64,000 bases of DNA, from the NCBI GenBank assembly GCA_040767085.1, contig JAXGPF010000013.1:96001-160000 (forward strand), in the 5' to 3' direction. Below, in pieces: positions 60,098 through 64,000 of the stretch. Made by a program: the position numbers and the translations under genes. This DNA comes from Kiritimatiellia bacterium (GTDB lineage: Bacteria; Verrucomicrobiota; Kiritimatiellia; JAAZAB01). Position 1 is the first letter of the stretch; each line of letters starts with the position of its first letter. The notes under the pieces were generated by a model, which did no database searches, was not told the DNA's origin, and saw only the letters and a program-made list of their open reading frames with translations.

Positions 60098-60457
60098 ATG
60101 TTGCGGCAAATGCTAAAAAGCAAAATCCATCGCGCGGTTATCACCGACGTCGCACTCAATTACGAGGGCAGCATCGCCTGCGATCCGGACTTGTTACGCG
60201 CTGCCGATATTCTGCCCCGGGAAAAAGTGCTGGTGGTTAATTTGAACAACGGCGCCCGGTTCGAAACTTACGCCATTGCCGGCGTGGAAAATCGGATCGG
60301 CCTGCGCGGCGCCGCCGCCCGCCTGGGGCAGCCGGGCGACCTGGTGATCATAATGGCTTTTGGCTTGATGGATGACGCCGAAGCCGCCGCGCGCCAGCCG
60401 GCGGTGGTGCTGGTTGGCGGCGACAACCATCCGATAATACAGCAGAAGAAGGGATGA
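60098..60457 (+). CDS. panD: Aspartate 1-decarboxylase
   Basis: LKSKIHRA, YEGSI (self-cleavage site), NGARFETYAI, GAAAR. Confidence 0.9.
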   Translation: MLRQMLKSKIHRAVITDVALNYEGSIACDPDLLRAADILPREKVLVVNLNNGARFETYAIAGVENRIGLRGAAARLGQPGDLVIIMAFGLMDDAEAAARQPAVVLVGGDNHPIIQQKKG

Positions 60458-60463
60458 TTCAGC

Positions 60464-60727
60464 ATGCCGACTTATGAATATGAATGTAAAAGTTGCGGGC
60501 ATCATTTTGAAAAGTTCCAGGCAATGTCGGCGGCCCAGATTAAAAAATGCCCCGAATGCGGCCAAGCGGTCCGGCGTCTGATCGGCCGCGGCGCGGGCGT
60601 GATTTTCAAGGGCGGCGGTTTCCATGCCACGGATGATGGCGCCGGCGCCGCTTGCCCCCTGGAATCAACCGGACGGACTTGCTGCGGCCGCGCGTCCCGC
60701 TGCGATACGCCGCGGTGCGCGGATTGA
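60464..60727 (+). CDS. FmdB-family zinc ribbon protein
   Basis: MPTYEYECKSCG..CPECG..FKGGGF. Confidence 0.9.
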   Translation: MPTYEYECKSCGHHFEKFQAMSAAQIKKCPECGQAVRRLIGRGAGVIFKGGGFHATDDGAGAACPLESTGRTCCGRASRCDTPRCAD

Positions 60728-60777
60728 TTGGGCGCTGTGGATTATTTCCGGATTTACTGGAATTGAGAGTGATGTTG

Positions 60778-61752
60778 ATGCATAAGCGATATAAATATGT
60801 TTTCGGGCCGGTGCCCTCGCGGCGCTTGGGTCGTTCGTTGGGCGTGGACCTGGTGCCCTTCAAGCATTGTTCCTACGATTGCATTTATTGCCAACTGGGG
60901 CGCACCACCCGCAAGACGATCGAGCGCCGGACCTTTGTGCCGCTGCGTTCGATCCTTGCGGAATTGCGCCGCAAGTTGGAGGAATGCCGTCCGGATTACA
61001 TCACCCTGTCCGGGTCCGGCGAGCCGACGCTTTACCGGCCGCTGGATCGGTTGATCGGCGGGATCAAGCAACTGACGAAAATTCCCGTGGCGGTTTTGAC
61101 CAACGGTTCCCTGCTGTGGCAACCGGCGGTGCGGCGGGAACTGCTTTCAGCCGATTTGGTGGTGCCGTCGCTGGATGCCGGCGATGACGCCGCTTTCCAG
61201 AATGTCAACCGGCCGCATCCGGACATTGCTTTTGACCGGATGGTTGAGGGATTGATCCAGTTCCGGGAGGTTTACCGCGGGACGCTCTGGCTGGAAGTTT
61301 TCATCCTGGGCGGTATGACGGCCATTGATTCCGAGGCGGCCAAGATCGCCAAAATTGCGCGGCGCATCCGGGCTGACCGCATCCAACTCAATACGGTCAC
61401 GCGCCCGCCGGCGGAAGAATTCGCGTTTCCTGTCCCGCGGGCGCGCATGCTTAATCTGCGCCGGCTGTTCGGCCGGCGCGCGGCGGTGATTGCTGATTAT
61501 CGGGCGCCAGCCGGGCCGGTGGCCGGCGCGGGGGATGAAGCAGCCGTTATGACAATGCTGGCGCGCCGTCCCTGCACACTGAAGGATATTGCTGATGGGT
61601 TGAATTTGCATTCAACGCAGGCGGGCAAATTGCTTGAGCATTTACTGACCGATCACAGGGTGGAAGAGCAGCGGGTGGGTTGTAAGGCTTATTATCAAAT
61701 CCGCGCCCGGTCGCGAAGCTCCGGCGGGAATTCGGCCGGTGGCAGGCTTTAA
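60778..61752 (+). CDS. Radical SAM protein with C-terminal HTH
   Basis: FGPVPSRRLGRSLGVD, CSYDCIYC, SGSGEPTL, LTNGSLL. Confidence 0.9.
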   Translation: MHKRYKYVFGPVPSRRLGRSLGVDLVPFKHCSYDCIYCQLGRTTRKTIERRTFVPLRSILAELRRKLEECRPDYITLSGSGEPTLYRPLDRLIGGIKQLTKIPVAVLTNGSLLWQPAVRRELLSADLVVPSLDAGDDAAFQNVNRPHPDIAFDRMVEGLIQFREVYRGTLWLEVFILGGMTAIDSEAAKIAKIARRIRADRIQLNTVTRPPAEEFAFPVPRARMLNLRRLFGRRAAVIADYRAPAGPVAGAGDEAAVMTMLARRPCTLKDIADGLNLHSTQAGKLLEHLLTDHRVEEQRVGCKAYYQIRARSRSSGGNSAGGRL

Positions 61753-62375
61753 TGTTCAGACATGTTATTTTAGAATTGCGGCGGCATGCTCCTTACACGG
61801 CGCTGGGCACTTTGTCCGGAGTCGTGATCATGGCGCTGCTGGCGTTGTTCCGGGTTCCACAGACGGTTTCCGAGGGGCTGTTCTGGTTCGCGCATCCCCT
61901 GCATGTGCTCTTGAGCGCGTATGTTACCGCCTCAATGTATCGCATGCACGCCCGGGGCGGGATTGTTCCGACATTTATCATCGGTTATGTCGGATCGGTA
62001 GGTATTGCGACTTTGAGCGATTCGATCATTCCGTTTTTTGGCGAATGGATGCTCCAAATGCCCAATCGGGAATGGCATGTGGGTTTCATTGAGAAATGGT
62101 GGCTTGTCAATCCCCTGGCGCTGCTTGGTATTGCCCTTGCGTATCCATGGCCCAAGACCCGGCTGCCGCATGCCGGCCATGTATGGCTCAGCACATGGGC
62201 GTCCCTGTTTCACATGTCCATGGCAATTCAAATACAGATTGCCCCGATATCCATGTCCATTATCGCCGTTTTTCTGTTCCTGGCGGTTCTGCTGCCTTGC
62301 TGCGCCAGCGACATTATTTTTCCTCTGCTGTTCGTTCACGAATGCTGTCCTGGGCGGCGTAAGGAGAAAAGTTGA
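61752..62375 (+). CDS. Conserved hypothetical membrane protein (His/Cys-rich, possible metal transport)
   Basis: About 6 TM; HAPYT, HPLHV, PHAGHV, PCCASDIIFP. Confidence 0.7.
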   Translation: MFRHVILELRRHAPYTALGTLSGVVIMALLALFRVPQTVSEGLFWFAHPLHVLLSAYVTASMYRMHARGGIVPTFIIGYVGSVGIATLSDSIIPFFGEWMLQMPNREWHVGFIEKWWLVNPLALLGIALAYPWPKTRLPHAGHVWLSTWASLFHMSMAIQIQIAPISMSIIAVFLFLAVLLPCCASDIIFPLLFVHECCPGRRKEKS

Positions 62376-62444
62376 TTGAAATTGGCGCGCGCTTCGGGCA
62401 GGTTCCGGGTGTTTACGGTAAAATTATTAGTTTGAGCTGTTGCA

Positions 62445-63938
62445 ATGACTGAAAGAGAAAAAAAATGGCAGGAAATCCGTTTGAAACGGATCAGGGAATG
62501 GGAAAACGGACGTAAATACGCCGATTTCGTGGATCATGACTCCATTCTTGCGCTTTTGGAGCGGAAACGGAATCCGGATGTCCGGGAGGCTATGGAAATA
62601 GTGGAAAAATCGCTGCATAACGCCCATTTTGGAACCTTGCTCAGCGCGGAGGATACGGCGATCTTGGTTAATTCCCGCGATCCGCAGGTCTGGGAAGCCG
62701 TGTTCGATGCGGCCAACCGAATTAAACGCATGGTTTACGGCAATCGGATCGTGCTGTTCGCGCCGCTTTACATTTCCAGCGTTTGCGTCAATAATTGCCT
62801 TTATTGCGGTTTCCGGGCCGGCAATCCCGATGTGGTCAAGCGCATCCTGTCACCGGAAGAATTGCGCTGTGAATTGCGCGAATTGTTGAAAGTGGGACAT
62901 AAACGCCTGATATTGGTTTATGGGGAACATCCCGACAGCGATCATGAATTCATTTGCCGGACGGTGAGGGAGACTTACGCCATAAAACTGGGACACGGCG
63001 ATATTCGGCGCGTTAACATCAATGCGGCGCCGTTGTTCGAGAATGAATACCGGATGGTCAAATCCGAGGGCATCGGCACCTACCAGATATTCCAGGAGAC
63101 CTACCATCGTCCGACTTATGAGAACTTACACCCGCGCGGGACGCTTAAGGGCGAATATGATTGGCGGCTTCTGGCGATGCATCGGGCGCAATCGGCGGGG
63201 ATTGATGATGTAGGATTGGGTGTTTTGTTCGGCTTGTATGATTGGCGGTTCGAGTTGTTGGGGCTTTTGGCGCATGCCGCGGCGTTGGAGCGGGAATTCG
63301 GCATCGGCCCGCATACCATTTCATATCCGCGCATGGAGCCGGCGGTCGGCACGCCGTTTGCCACCAATTCTTCCTGGCGGGTCAGCGATGATGATTTCCG
63401 CAAGATTGTCGCGGTGATCCGCTTGATGTGTCCGTATACCGGGTCCATACTCACCGCCCGCGAGCGGCCGGAACTGCGCCGGGAGGTCATGCGCTTGGGC
63501 GGCGTTTCTCAAATGGACGCCGGATCCCGCATTGGGGTAGGCGGGTATTCGCAAATGGAGCAGGAACACTTGCCTGACCGGCAACAATTCATCCTCGGCG
63601 ATACGCGCAGCCTGGACGATTTCATCCGGGATTTGTGCCAGGACGGCTATCTGCCTTCTTTCTGCACCGCCGGTTACCGGGAAGGACGCACCGGGGCAAA
63701 TTTCATGCCGCTGGCCAAGCACGCTACGGTGAAAAAATTTTGCATTGCCAACGGTATTTTGACTTTTCAGGAATATCTGTTGGACTATGCGTCCGATACC
63801 GTGCGGTGGATGGGAACCGAACGCGTTTTGCCGGCATATCTGGCTTGGCTGGATCAGCGCCTGCCGGAAATGGCCGGCAAGGTGCGCGATAATTTGCAAC
63901 GCATGCAGAATGAAGAAAAGCGGGATTTGCGGTTCTAA
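62445..63938 (+). CDS. hydG: [FeFe]-hydrogenase maturase HydG (atypical auxiliary-cluster motif)
   Basis: YGNRIVLFAPLY, CVNNCLYC, FQETYH, GIDDVG.G.LFGL, GPHTIS.PR, SFCTAGYR. Confidence 0.88.
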   Translation: MTEREKKWQEIRLKRIREWENGRKYADFVDHDSILALLERKRNPDVREAMEIVEKSLHNAHFGTLLSAEDTAILVNSRDPQVWEAVFDAANRIKRMVYGNRIVLFAPLYISSVCVNNCLYCGFRAGNPDVVKRILSPEELRCELRELLKVGHKRLILVYGEHPDSDHEFICRTVRETYAIKLGHGDIRRVNINAAPLFENEYRMVKSEGIGTYQIFQETYHRPTYENLHPRGTLKGEYDWRLLAMHRAQSAGIDDVGLGVLFGLYDWRFELLGLLAHAAALEREFGIGPHTISYPRMEPAVGTPFATNSSWRVSDDDFRKIVAVIRLMCPYTGSILTARERPELRREVMRLGGVSQMDAGSRIGVGGYSQMEQEHLPDRQQFILGDTRSLDDFIRDLCQDGYLPSFCTAGYREGRTGANFMPLAKHATVKKFCIANGILTFQEYLLDYASDTVRWMGTERVLPAYLAWLDQRLPEMAGKVRDNLQRMQNEEKRDLRF

Positions 63939-63957
63939 AACAAGGGAGGAATCAACA

Positions 63958-64000
63958 ATGGCAGCATTACCTGAAAAAGTGCGGCAGGCGTGGGCGGACC
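63958..64000 (+). CDS. Start of a gene running off the window (possibly pyridoxamine 5'-phosphate oxidase-like)
   Basis: GGGAGGA RBS, then MAALPEKVRQAWAD. Confidence 0.45.
   Translation, partial: MAALPEKVRQAWAD

Overview
GC-rich bacterial chromosomal segment from a diderm anaerobe (LpxI, [FeFe]-hydrogenase maturases). A PVC-type host such as Kiritimatiellae/Lentisphaerae is my inference only. Gene content: (1) a translationally coupled exopolysaccharide-like operon (hyaluronan/chitin-synthase-like GT2, CE4-like deacetylase-TPR protein, PPC-TPR paralogue, GHL10 hydrolase) divergent from REC/KaiC-like/ExeA-like genes; (2) an intact IS1202-family IS with a 16-bp target duplication; (3) tRNA-Val, zupT, hydE, rrf2-metY-cysK and metabolic genes; (4) an orphan integron-like cassette; (5) housekeeping genes (UvrD-family helicase, lpxI, crcB, glnA, tyrS, rpsA); (6) a cobalamin-riboswitch locus with surface proteins facing a BtuFDC-like transporter; (7) a sigma54-driven NifX/DUF5320/ferredoxin-ATPase/IscU/radical-SAM/hydG cluster; (8) a decayed type I RM locus. 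The most striking structure is at 25.5-26.2 kb. An intact tRNA-Gly(CCC) is surrounded by three partial copies of itself, each interrupted by 22-23 bp tagged hairpins (CTTG/TTTA/CCTG + YCCCGC-N-GCGGGR), and a small GIY-YIG nuclease gene sits between two of the copies. The same mini-hairpins occur as precise insertions without target duplication at equivalent positions of two MITE families elsewhere in the window, suggesting an undescribed structure-targeting mini mobile element. Also notable: a ~125-aa C-terminal domain shared by two unrelated secreted proteins, and a HydG lacking the middle Cys of its auxiliary-cluster motif. All family assignments come from motif recognition by eye; no searches were run.
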